Positions 1 through 12,585 of a stretch of DNA of 64,000 nt are shown here, piece by piece. The DNA is from Eledone cirrhosa. Lineage: Eukaryota. Numbering within the stretch: position 1 is the first letter of the stretch; every line of letters starts with the position of its first letter. The stretch spans positions 89,094,001 through 89,158,000 of the forward strand of contig OZ024742.1 of assembly GCA_964016885.1 (NCBI GenBank), read 5' to 3'. A program made the translations under genes and the position numbers. The notes below the pieces were generated by a model, which saw only the letters and a list, made by a program, of their open reading frames with translations, was not told the origin of the DNA and searched no databases.

Positions 1-75
1 TATATATATATATATATGAATGTATATATATATAAATACGTATATATATAAATACATATATATATATAAAACTGA

Positions 76-185
76 TCTATATTTTATCTGATGAAAGCAC
101 ACCATAATTTAACTTGGTGTCCTTAAAATATGTATAATGAAATAAATATGGTTTTATAAATATAGTTTCCATTTGTTAACATATC

Positions 186-187
<2 letters not shown>
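76..187 (+). repeat. Fragment of the same hammerhead/pLTR family (also 24830-24958 as a short hairpin)
   Basis: ATTTTAT CTGATGA...AAATAAATATGGTTTTATAAATATAGTTTCCATTTG. Confidence 0.75.
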
Positions 188-255
<68 letters not shown>

Positions 256-505
256 ATATATAAAATATATATATATATATAAATATAAAATTCAGCGAGA
301 ATCGTATTTAGGCTGGTAAAAAAAGCGAAACGAAACTCAAAATCGTAGAAATGCTGGCAAGCGCTCCAATAGTTAAGAAAACTAGAGCTAAACAATATGT
401 TAAAACGCCATACAAACTGAAAAGTGGTCAAGAAGACATTAACCACCTAAGCCAAAAAAACAAATCAAGCTAAACAGGTCAAACATAATAAATGATACAA
501 ATAAA

Positions 506-563
<58 letters not shown>

Positions 564-857
564 ATGATATATATATATATATCATTGATATATATATCAA
601 CGGTATATATTGAGTTAGAAACTCAAAATAGTCTCTTACAATAAAATAGCTCTAAGAAAGAGATTTTTCCGAGCCGTATATTATAATTGAATATAAAAGA
701 AAAACGAACACAGACATATAAATATATATGTTCAAACCGTAAGGGACCATATTCGCTAAGCTAAAAGAATACTAACTATAGACAATAGGGTTTGCCAGAC
801 TCAATTTAAGAATAAATCAAGAAAATAAATACAAACCGGAATTGTGGTAACTACCAA

Positions 858-937
858 TCACCCAGACAGATATGGTAATGCTGTTTCGCAAAATTAATTG
901 TGAAGAGGAATACCAATTCTTGCTCATCTGTGGGTGA
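858..937 (-). ncRNA. Type I hammerhead ribozyme motif (core CAGAUGA variant)
   Basis: Stem I TCACCCA/TGGGTGA, stem II GCAAGA/TTTTGC, GAAA, stem III CAG/CTG, GUC cleavage triplet. Confidence 0.75.
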
Positions 938-988
938 AGAATTAGTATCCTGGACACTTCTAAGTATATTAAAAAACGTTCCATTTTT

Positions 989-1050
<62 letters not shown>

Positions 1051-2687
1051 TCTCCTTCGCCACTTATTCCTGAGATGGTCGTGAGGGCAGATTACTCAAA
1101 CACTCCCCCCAGCATGCACTGTCAGAAGCAACTATCTCCAACTGATCCGGCTGAATTCTCAATCAAAACCATTGAAGCTCAAGGATATTATTTAACCATC
1201 TTGCTCTTGGTCTACCCCGGGGTTTCCTGCCGGATGGAATTGCCCGTAAAATCTGTCCACCGATTCTTTTCTGAGACGTTCTAACCACATGTCCACAATA
1301 TCGGATCTGTGATCTCTCAATTAGGATATGTAGTGGCTCTACTTGGAGCGGCTCTCTGATCTCTGAGCTAGGGTCTCTATCGAGTAACGTTACTCCAAAG
1401 CCTCATTGGTAGGACTGCATTTTGGCCGCTTTTATTTGCGATTGTTTTCATTCGGTTTTTACCCTAAATACATGACCATAGCTAAGGTTTGTCACGAATA
1501 CTGAATTGAAATAATGAATTTAGCTTTTTCACCTACCTCTCTACACCACCGATGTTGTCCAAGGGAAATCAAAGGTCGATACATCTTGGTATCAGTGGCG
1601 TCGCAACTCATTTCTGCAGCCGAATGAACTGGAGCGACGTAACGCAAATTCCTGTTCTCGAATCTAACGCACAATCTCACGATTACAAGCCCGACGTTCA
1701 AACCGTGAGGCGAAAGATGTAATTAATGCTAATTCTAGTTATATAAGTATGTATTGGTTTTCTTTATTTTGTCCTGACTTAGTGGCAGATCGATTGTTTT
1801 TTATTAAGCCTCTGCCCTTCTCTTTTTAGGGCTGTTCCATAGCATGTTATTTAATGAAAAACAAATATCAGTCAATGTATTGTCATTGCCTCTCCACACT
1901 AATGTAATCTACGATCAGCGAATGAAGGAGTATGTATGCAGACCCATAACTCGCAAAAATATAAGCTTAATCTCCTTGAAACAACGTTATAGCATTTTTA
2001 ATGAACGGAAAGCTGCAGTGAATAATATTATCCTTGTCACGTTATATCAAACAAAATGGGATAGTCATACTCAGAAGGAAAATGATTATATTTGGTGAAA
2101 GAAGACTAAATCGCATCTGTTGACGAGATTAACTTCTACCTTGGCCAATTTCGGCTTTCATACCTCTATGACGATTAATGAAATACCAGGGAAGTAATGA
2201 AGTATATTTCCCTCATCCTCTCTGTCTCTCTCGATGTCAGACACACACTTGCTTATTTGCTCCTTTTTACTCACTATAAATGGCGATATGATATTAAGAA
2301 TTATTTCATATGCATCACAACTCCACTTACATTTTCACCTCCCCTCCGTGAGCCCGAGGAATGGAAATAAAGGTCGGAACTATAATTTACTCTAGAATAT
2401 AAAGAGAACTTGGTATGTTTAGGCTTTTATATCTAGAGACTAGATGATAAAAGCCCAAACGTATCTAGTTCTCACTATACGAGCACATACCATTTGCTGG
2501 TAAAACGCAGCCTTAAACGATAGGAAACATTTATATTTATTTCAGTGAATTCTGCTGCTAAACTAAAATGCTATTGTAATACAAGGAGAGACATTATTTT
2601 AAAGTGAAAATAAGAGAAAGATTCTATATAATAATTACTTGATGATTGTTCCATTGTAAATATGACGAAAAGAATTGAAATACTTAC

Positions 2688-2759
2688 ATACGTGAAACTA
2701 TTCGAAATTTCTGAAATATTCATTCTAAAATTGTCTGTTCCGGTTGATTCCTCTTTCAT
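2688..2759 (-). CDS. M13 peptidase exon 9 (MKEESTGTDNFRMNISEISNSFTY); gene continues beyond the window
   Basis: TAG acceptor, GTAAGT donor, 72 nt. MNISEI resembles the neprilysin 'MTLxEL' segment. No HExxH lies within the window. Confidence 0.72.
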
Positions 2760-3084
2760 CTATTTAGCAGCATTTAATAGATATGTAATATAGAAGGAGA
2801 TGAATCAATGAATTAGAATCTTGAAGAAAAATATTTATTTTTGAAATCGGCAATAATTTGTCAAAGGTTTGTTGTTGTTGAGGATGAGGAGGAGGATTAC
2901 GATGACGTGGAGGACGGGGGCGATGACGACGATGATGATGATAAAAGAGATGAGATGCAGAAAAACGGTGATCACAGCGATTCAATGGTAAGGTATATGT
3001 GGAAATACTGTAACCTCAGCGTACATTTGTGCATCATCAGCCACATTATGTCTAACCATCCTTGTAGACGGGGCTGGCAGCAGG

Positions 3085-3345
3085 TGACCGTTATTCCAAT
3101 GGAACCTGTCACTTCCACAAGAAGTTGAAAATCAGGCGCGCCAATTTGACGAGGCTTGAACTTGAGAAAGGCACGATGATCCGACGGTAATAAATGATAA
3201 CCGCGATGTACGTGTTCGCTACCTCCACCCACAGTTTCAAGTATAGCTTCCACTCGGCCCATTTCTGGGTGAGAGTAGGCACCCAGCTCGTCAACTCGAC
3301 ACAGTTCTTATCCATAACATAATGATGGAAATAATCCAACTCCAA
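3085..3345 (-). mobile_element. Tx1/L1 RT C-terminal fragment
   Basis: LTQKWAEWKL...EVANTYIAVIIYYR matches the 17409-18293 ORF. Confidence 0.8.
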
Positions 3346-3389
3346 ACAATAGATATCATTATGAATGAGAGTAAACACATCCCAAATAT

Positions 3390-4450
3390 CAAGGTAAAAC
3401 AAGAAAAATAAGGACCGCGTACACTGCCCAAAATAGGATATAAAATAATTACACCTACCACGAATACTGGTGGGGAGATATTATGCAGCTAAATAAACTA
3501 TTAAAAAATAACCACTCTAAGAATATACCATTATCTAACGAAAGATAATGGTAAGTTAATACAAATAAGCATAAAGCATGAAGAAAATACAATTTGTTTA
3601 TTATCTTCAAGGAAGCCAACAAATTTAAAACGGAAGCTGAATTGATAGATTATTATAATAAAAGGGAAACACAAAAAAAATAGCAACAGAAACAGTAAAA
3701 AGGATAAAATCCAAACTTAAAACAGATCCCCAGACTTCTATACTAAAACGTTGGCTAGAAAATCCCCTATATGACAAATACTCGAAAAACTTGAATAGGG
3801 AGAAAGGGATCAAGCAAAATTCCCAAATTTGTTAAGAAGCACAGGAGTAAAAGCAACATTCAGGAATTTCTAATTGCATCACAAAATCAAAAGCCTCTCC
3901 AACAAGAACCACCAACAACATCGAATGAACCAGAACACAGTAACTGCAGAATATGTGGTGTTGGAGAAGAATTATTTCACTGCATTATCGCTGGCTCCCC
4001 AGCTTTAAATTAAATGGAAGCTATGCCGCCAATAATACAAAATACGAACAGAAAAATGGTGATACAAACATACACCAGAAAGGTGTCAGAAAATGACAAT
4101 ACAAGCGTGCTCAAGGATATACAATACACAGATATGGGATCAAATCAATCGAGAGGATATTATAGTTACGGACCACAAACAAACATTTCTTATATTTGAT
4201 ATATCTATCCGCACAAATGATTATATCCATGAAATGGAGAAATTATTCAAATATAAAGATCTTGAGAACGAAATATCTCGAACGTGGATGATGAAAACAG
4301 AAACAATGCCTATAAAAATAGTTACTCTGGGAATAATAAAATTCACACGGATCATTATAAAAATCGAAGGACATTCAAATATTTATAACATATATAAGAT
4401 AGCACTATTAGGTATTGTGCATATACTATAGAAATAACAATGCATAAAAC
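3390..4450 (+). mobile_element. Degraded 3' part of an R4/Dong-like RLE LINE
   Basis: Remnants of CRIC, DIIVTDHK...FLIFDISI, KYKDLENEI and ALLGIVHIL (RLE C-terminus). Confidence 0.7.
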
Positions 4451-4477
4451 AAAACTGTACTAACCCTAACCCTAATC

Positions 4478-4790
4478 TGGAGATAGAGATTGGTCAAATG
4501 TGGAAGTTGAGAACTAAAACAATACTAGTGGTTGTAGGCGCTCTATGAATAATACCTAAGGGGTCGAATGAATACTTATCCCAAATCCCAGGAAGCCCTC
4601 GTATAGAAGAAATACAAAATTTCGTACTAATGGGAACTGGTCATATACTAAGGAAGATTCTGTCAATATAAATACATCACAAGTCTAAACACCTAAAGAT
4701 GCATGTGTGTGTATGTATGTTCTTTCTTGAACATGGCGGTCCTTGTTGTCTCTTGAGGTCACTCGTTGTGACTTGGTCATAACTCGTATG
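4478..4790 (+). mobile_element. 3' fragment of R4/Dong family A
   Basis: LEIEIGQMWKL...VLMGTGHILRKILSI* plus the family A 3' UTR. Confidence 0.85.
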
Positions 4791-6944
4791 AACAATACCA
4801 AACATTACAGACCGAAAACTTGCTTGACCACAATGTATAACATTTTAACATCAGTCCTAACTGAATATACATATGTCCACCTGATTACAAATGACCTATT
4901 TCCCAATGAGCAGATAGGGTGTAAACGAGGCTCATATGGCTGTAAGGATCAGCTATTGGTTAACAAAATGATACTGGAAGATTGTCATAATAGACACAAA
5001 AATCTATCAATTGCTTGGACAGATTATAAAAAAGCATTCGATAGTTTGCCACACAGTTGGATTGAAAAATGTTTAGAGATTTTCAAAATATCTCCCGTTG
5101 TCAGGAGGTTCTTGTCATTCAGTATGAAGACATGGAAAACGACACTCCTTTTTCAGGGTGACTCTTTATCGCCGCTTTTATTCTGCATCGCACTTATACC
5201 ATTAAGTAAAATGCTCAATGAAACAAAACATGGATATAAAGTATATGACAAAACCATTAATAACTTGTTCCACATGGATGACCTGAAACTATTCGCAAAA
5301 AAGGATGAACAATTGCAATGGCTATTATCCACTCTGGAGCAGTTCAGTGATGACATTAAAATGTAGTTTGGACTACATAAATGCGCCAAAGCAACGTTCA
5401 CCAGAAGAAAGCTGCTGAAAAATTCAGACATTAATGTTGATCGGGGGAATGTGATAAGAGAACTTGATCAAGAGGAAACTTACAAATATCTAGGTGTTTG
5501 TGAAGGAGACGGAATCAAGCACTCGACAATGAGGGAAAGGATAAGGAAGGAATGTTACTGCAGAGTAAGAGCAATCTTAAAAACAGAATTGAATACAAGG
5601 AATAGGATCGATGCCATAAACACGCTTGCCATACCAGTAGTAACCTACAGTTACAATGTCATCAACTGGTCAAGCACAGAGATCTGTAGGCTCGATACAA
5701 AAATTCGAAAATTCTTAACCATGCACAGAATGCATCACCCTAAGGCAGATACACATAGAATATATCTCCCTAGGAAAGAAGGAGGGCGTGGGTTAATCCA
5801 GTTAGATATTGCGTTGAAAACTGCAAAAATTTGATTATCTACATATCTAAGGGAATCACATGATTGGATGATCAAACTCGTTTTGAAACACGAAAGCATC
5901 AAAAGATCATACTCCATTACAAAAGATGCACAACGATACAGTAATGGACTACAAATTTCAGAAGTCCCATTTACTGCTGAAATGGAAAACACAGAAAAAG
6001 CAAAACAGGCAAAAGTAACTGAAATGAAAGAACTGCTACAGTAACTGGCTAAGAAATGGCAAGAAAAGCCTCTGTATGGAAAATACCCAGAAAGAGCTAA
6101 CAATCCTGATGTCGACAACACTTTAACCCATCAGTGGTTGGCATCCTCTGGACTGAAATCGGAGACTGAAGGACTGATTATATCAGCACAAGATCAGTGT
6201 CTGCCAACAAAAAATTACCAAGCCAACATAATAAAAAATGGATGCAATCCATTATGCCGTGTATGTAAAAGACAACTAGAGACCATTGATCATGTAATTT
6301 CAATGTGCAGTCCTATAACTCCAACCGAATACCAAAACAGCCATGACAGAGCTGCACGATAAATTGGATAATGTATAAGCATTTTGACCTGCCCCATCAA
6401 AAGAATTGGTGGGAGAATCAACCACCACCCATACTTGAAAAAGATCACATCTCAATCTTGTGAAACTCTAGCATCCAAACAGACCGAAAAATAGATGCAA
6501 ATAGACCTGATATAATACTGAAGGACTTTAAAAAAAGGGTATGCCTGCTAATTGATATGTCCGTTCCAATAGACAAGAATGTATCGATAAAAACATTTGA
6601 AAAATTGAGCAAGTATAAGGACTTGGTGATAGAAATTGGAAAAATGTGGAAATTGATAACTAAAACAATACCAGTGGTTGTAGGCGCTCTAGGAATGATA
6701 GTTAGGGGGTCTAATGATTACTTATAGCAAATCCCAGGAAACCCGCGTATAGGAGAAATACAAAAGAGAGTACTAATGGGAACTGCCCATGTACTAAGGA
6801 AGATTCTGTCAATATAAGTACATCACATGCATGTGTGTGTATGTATGTTCTTTCTTCAACATGGCGGACCTTGTTGTCTCTTGAGGTCACTGGTTGTGAC
6901 TTGGTGATAACTCGTATGAACATAAAGCAAAATAAATGCAGCTC
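4791..6944 (+). mobile_element. 5'-truncated R4/Dong family A copy with stops; (AAT)n tail 6945-7001
   Basis: RT (DYKKAFD, FQGDSLSP, MDDLKLF), EGGRGL, CRVC...TIDHVISMC, RLE remnants, 3' UTR. Confidence 0.92.
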
Positions 6945-6977
<33 letters not shown>

Positions 6978-7001
6978 TAATAATAATAATAATAATAACA
7001 A

Positions 7002-7228
7002 TTGTGTCTACGTTTGGCACAAGGCCAGCAAATACTCAGTGCATTACTGGTACTTTATTTTATCGAACCCGTAAGTAGGAAAGGGCAAAGTTAACCTCGG
7101 CGGGATTTGAACTCAGAATGGCAAGGGTGAGTTCAAATCCCGACGAGGTTAACTTTGCCTTTCATCCTTACGGGGTTGATAAAATAAAGTACCAGTAATG
7201 CGCTGGCCTTGTGCCAAACGTAGAAACA
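7002..7228. mobile_element. Head-to-head inverted pair of tRNA-derived SINEs (7002-7127 minus, 7128-7228 plus)
   Basis: B-box GAGTTCAAATCC, core TTTGCCTTTCATCCTTACGGGGTCGATAAAATAAAGTACCAG (MetaSINE-like, from memory), ATT tails pointing outward. Confidence 0.88.
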
Positions 7229-7256
7229 ATTATTATTATTATTATTATTGTTATTA

Positions 7257-9298
7257 CTCTTTGAGTCTCAGTCATTGATGTTAGTTAACTGGAAAGTTTG
7301 TTGAAATGAATATCAAGCCACTACCTGCAGCCTCAGATATTCAGGACGTATCGGAGGGTTGTTCCTGTTCCCAGCAAGCATGCCTTTTGAAGCGTTCCAA
7401 AAAGCGTGAAGGGGCCAATTTTTTTTCACCATCCCTGGAAACTTTTTGAGATAGTCCCTAGTGCGCCTATGACAATCGGGATCACTTTGACTTCATGGCA
7501 GTTCCAAATCCTTTTTACCTCCCACTTTAAGTCCTGGTATCGGTTAATTTTCTCCCTCTCCTTCTCTTGCACTCTCGTGTCGATTGGGCAGGCCACATCC
7601 ACAATCAGGCACGATCTTTTTTCTTTGTCCACAACCACCAGGTCAGGTCTATTTTGTTCAAGTTTCTTGCCCGTCTGTATCCTAAAATCCCACAGCACCT
7701 TCACCTGATCGTTTTCTATCACCGCGTCTGGCTTATGCTCATAACACTTCTCAGAATGTGGTAAATTGTTTACTGTGCATAGGTGCCAGTGGATCACCCT
7801 GCCCATCACATCATGTCTCCAGCCCTTATAGTGAGTCTGGGCTAGGTGTTTACACTCGGATACAATGTGAGCCACAGTCTTGTCTCTCTCTCTACAAATC
7901 CTGCACAGTGGGCTAGCATTCTCCTTGTAAATATGGTGTTTCAACCACTTCGTTTTGAGGGCCTGCTCCTGCGCAGCCATTAACATTCCTTCTGTAGCCT
8001 TTTTAAGGTCTCCTCTTCTCAACCAGTTCCATGTCTGTGGATCTCTAAATTCAGTTTTCTCAAAGAAGGTACTATGAAGGGATTTTTCCTGAAGGCTGCT
8101 CTTTCTCCTTGATGTTATTTCCTCCTTGGACATCCCCTGGCCTATTGTCCCCTCCTTCAGTACAGTTCTGAGCATTGGCTCCTTACTATCAGTCACGTAT
8201 TTGTGTAGGTTGTTTTTCTCCATCTGAACACAGTCCTCTATGCTGATAAGACCTCTTCCACCTTCAGATCTCCTTAAGTAGAGTCTATCGACATCACTCT
8301 TCTTGTGGAACATATTGTAGATAGTCAATAGCTTCCTAGTCTTCCTATCCATTTCTTTTTGTTCAACAACATTCCATCTCAAAATTCCCTCACTGTACCT
8401 AATAATAGACACAGCTCGGGAATTTACTGCACTTATGGCATTCAAACTGTTCAGATGTGACTTTAATACGCTCCTTACTCTCCGAATGTATTCACTTCTT
8501 ATCAATTCCTTCATTTTTTTTGTTCTTGATGTCATCAGCCTCCTGAACGCCCAAATACTTGTATCCTTCCTCAGAGTCAATTTCCTTTATCATCTCACCC
8601 GTTGGTACCTGGATTCCGTTACTTCTGCTCAACTTACCCCTCTTAATCACAAAGACTCCACACTTACTAATACCAAATTGCATACATATATCATTGCTGA
8701 AAATACGGACAGTGTCAACTAGCACATCCAACTCCTTCTCATTCTTCCCGAAGAGCTTAAGATCGTCCATGAAGAGGAGGTGATTGATGGTAAGCCCTCC
8801 CTTTCCCAACCTGTATCCTGCTCTCACTTTTCGCAGTACACTGGGCATCAGGGGCATCAGGGCAAGGACAAACAACAGAGGGGACAGACTATCACCCTGG
8901 AAGATACCTCTCTTGATCTTCACGCTTCCCAAGGATTCTCCAGTTGATGTTAATTCTGTTTCCCAGGACTTCATACTTTTGCCCAACAACTGTCTGATGT
9001 TATCTGCCACCTGTTATCACATCTCTAGGCTTTTGGTGATCCAAGAATGAGGCACCATGTCAAATGCCTTTTTGTAGTCTATCCATCTCATGGCATGACC
9101 AGTGTGTCTCCTCTTGCAATTCCTCATTACCATCTTATCAATAAGTAACTGCTCCTTTGTACCACGTGACTTCTTTCGGCATCCTTTCTGTTCGTCCGGT
9201 AACAAGTTGTTTGTGTGGAGGTGATGGTAGATTTCCTCAGACATAATGCTTGTCAACAGTTTCCATATTACATAATGCTTGTCAACAGTTTCCACATT
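7257..9298 (-). mobile_element. 5'-truncated, frameshifted family B R4/Dong copy
   Basis: Near-identical inverse of about 14200-16208. Its 3' end abuts (AAT)n and it has a 29-nt tandem duplication at the 5' junction. Confidence 0.92.
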
Positions 9299-9315
9299 AT
9301 TATTATTATTATTAC

Positions 9316-9570
9316 AGTTGCATTTATCTTGCTTTATGTTCATACGAGTTATCACCAAGTCACAACCAGTGACCTCAAGAGACAACAAGGTCCGCCATGT
9401 TCAAGAAAGAACATACATATTCACACATGCATCTTTAGTGTTTAGACTTGGGATGTACTTATATTGACAGAATCTTCCTTAGTATATGGGCAGTTCCCAT
9501 TAGTACTATCTTTTGTATTTCTCCTATACGCGGGTTTCCTGGGATTTGCGATAAGTAGTCATTAGACCCC

Positions 9571-9606
<36 letters not shown>

Positions 9607-9668
9607 GAGCTGCATTTATCTTGCTTTATGTTCATACGTGTTATCACCAAGTCACAACCAGTGACTTC
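9316..9668 (-). mobile_element. Two short family A 3' fragments (9316-9570 and 9606-9668), each ending in (AAT)n
   Basis: Reverse-complement identity to the family A C-terminus and 3' UTR; separated by (ATT)n 9571-9605. Confidence 0.88.
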
Positions 9669-9678
9669 AATAATGACC

Positions 9679-9825
<147 letters not shown>

Positions 9826-11364
9826 ACAAACAATCCCAAAAATTACAGACCGATAACTTGCTTGACCACAATGTATAAAATTTTAACATCAGTCCTAACT
9901 GAATACACATATGACCACCTGATAACAAATGACCTATTTCCCATTGAGCAGAAAGGGTGTAAACGAGGCTCATATGGCTGTAAGGATCAGCTTCTGGTTA
10001 ACAAAATGATACTGGAAGATTGTCATAATAGACACAAAAATCTATCGATTGCTTGGATAGATTATAAAAAAGCATTCGATAGTTTGCCACACAGTTGGAT
10101 TGAACAATGTTTAGAGATTTTCAAAATATCCCCCGTTGTCAGGAGGATTTTGACATTCAGTGTGAAGACATAGAAAACGACACTCCTTTTGAATAGTGAA
10201 ACAAAATCACTGGAAGCTGGAGAAGTTAATATTAATTGTGGAATTTTTAAGGGTGACTCTTTATCACCGCTTTTATTCTGTATCGCACTTATACCATTAG
10301 GTAAAATGCTCAATGAAACAAAACATGGATATAAAGTCTATGACAAAACCATTAATCACCTGTTCTACATGGATGACCTGAAACTATTTGCAAAAAATGA
10401 TGAACAATTGCAAGGGCTATTATCCACTCTGGAGCAGTTCAGTGATGACATTAAAATGGAGTTTGGACTAGATAAATGCGCCAAAGCAACGTTCACCAGA
10501 GAAAAGCTGCTGAAGAGTTCAGACATTAATCTTGATCAGGGGAATGTGATAGGAGTACCTGATCAAGAGGAAACTTACAAATATCTAGGTGTTTGTGAAG
10601 GAAACGGAATCAAGCACTCGACAATGATGGAAAGGATAAGGAAGGAATGTTACCGCAGACTAAGAGCAATCTTAAGAACGGAATTGAATGCAAGGAATAG
10701 GATCGATGCCATAAACACGCTTGCCATACCAGTAGTAACCTACAGTTACAATGTCATCAACTGGTCAAGCACAGAGATCCGTAGGCTCGATACAAAAATT
10801 CGAAAATTCTTAACCATGCACAGAATGCATCACCCTAAGGCAGATATAGATAGACTATATCTCCCTAGGAAAGAAGCAGGACGTGGGTTAATCCAGTTAG
10901 ACATTGCGTTGAAAACTGCAACAATTGGATTATCTACATATCTAAGGGAATCACATGATTGGATGATCAAACTCGTTTTGAAACACGAAAGCATCAAAAG
11001 ATCATATTCCATTACAAAAGACGCACAAAGATACAGTAATGGATTACAAATTTCAGAAGTCCCATTTACTGCTGAAATGGAAAACACAGAAAAAGCAAAG
11101 CAGGTAAAAGTAACTGCAAAGAAAGAACTGCTACAGAAACTGGCTAAGAAATGGCAAGAAAAGTATATAGGAGAAATACAAAAGATAGTACTAATGGGAA
11201 CTGCCCATATACTAAGGAAGATTCTGTCAATATAAGTATATTCACACGATGCATGTGTGAATATGTATGTTCTTTCTTGAACATGGCGGACCTTGTTGTC
11301 TCTTGAGGTCACTGGTTGTGACTTGGTGATAACTCGTATGAACATAAAGCAAGATAAATGCAAC

Positions 11365-11365
<1 letters not shown>
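9826..11365 (+). mobile_element. 5'-truncated family A copy with internal deletion of the knuckle/RLE region; (AAT)n tail
   Basis: RT motifs present. WQEK is fused directly to YIGEIQK, lacking the segment present at about 6070-6745. Confidence 0.92.
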
Positions 11366-11403
<38 letters not shown>

Positions 11404-11955
11404 GACGCACGAGGTGGTAGAAGGTCATGAAATCGCTCCCGTAAGTTTTGAATTTTTAACATATTTAAATCATTTGTGGAATAACAACTCTTAGTACAAA
11501 TGCTACGTAAAGCATCCGGCTTGAGCCCCCAAAAAATTCGGACCCAAAATATATTGTTATAAGGCTCAAATATTCAAATATTCAACTTTGTATTGTACAT
11601 TGTATATTCAAAAAAGAAAATGGCTATAAATAGAAGAAGAAGAACCCCCCCCTCTCCTCTGTCTACACTATATAGAACAGCCAAACAACACCAATCTCAC
11701 CAACACCAGAAACTAGATACACCACCTACCCCATCACCTCTCTGTGTACACTAAACATAACAGCCAGATAACGGCAATTTCACCACCACCACAACCAATC
11801 TCAACATAATAATGATAATAATAAATACTATTATTATTGTCCCAAGTTTTAACAAAATGTTTAATTCCAATATTAAGGGAATTTATGTCAACACATGTAC
11901 GAGACTAACCCCATAGATTCACCGAACGGACATCAGTAACGACAACGCCGCCCAT

Positions 11956-12236
11956 CCATCATTACTACCACTATCCCATCACCACCGCCACCACTCCTTC
12001 ATTGCTACCACCGCTACAACACCATCACTACAGTAATACGATCACATCACCACCACCACTGCCATCATTACTACCACTATCCCATCTCCGCCGCCACCAC
12101 TCCTTCATTGCTACGACCGCTACAACACCATCACTACAGTAATACGATCACATCACCACCACCACTGCCTCAGTATCAACATCACCACCACCACTGCCTC
12201 AGTATCAACATCACCACCACCACTGTCTCAGTATCG
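11956..12236. repeat. Minisatellite: two 106-bp units, then about three 29-bp units (CATCACCACCACCACTGCCTCAGTATCAA)
   Basis: Units start at 11956 and 12062. The 29-mers derive from the end of the 106-mer. Confidence 0.85.
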
Positions 12237-12585
12237 CTACCGCCGCTATTCTCTCCCATTGCTTCCTGCTAGTTGCTGCCACCACATTATAGAATTCCTA
12301 CTAAAAAAGAGGAAAGCATCAAAATATATAGATAGACTCAAAAGAAAAAACAAACATCAAAACCAAAGCAGCACAGCAGCAACAACAAAAAGAGAGAAAA
12401 ACAAACAGAGAAAAACAAAAACAAAAAAAAAGTAAAGAAAATAAGAATGAAGAGAGAAACAAGCGGACGGACAGAGAAGAGAAGGGAAAAACTAAGTCAG
12501 ACATTCGAACACTACATTACAATGAAACTTATGCTTATTCATTTTTGGGGTTTTTTCTGCCTGTTTGTTTGTTTGTTTGTTTGTG

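Noticed and set aside
851-990. ORF FNILRSVQDTNSSPTDEQELVF as the next peptidase exon
   Set aside because: No usable acceptor (it abuts (TA)n), and the sequence is better explained as a hammerhead-bearing repeat.
2841-3128. Acidic D/E-rich ORF
   Set aside because: Low-complexity GAT/GAG repeat running into a Tx1 fragment.
4459-4476. TAACCC x2.5 telomere-like repeat at a LINE junction
   Set aside because: Too short to separate from chance or repair filler.
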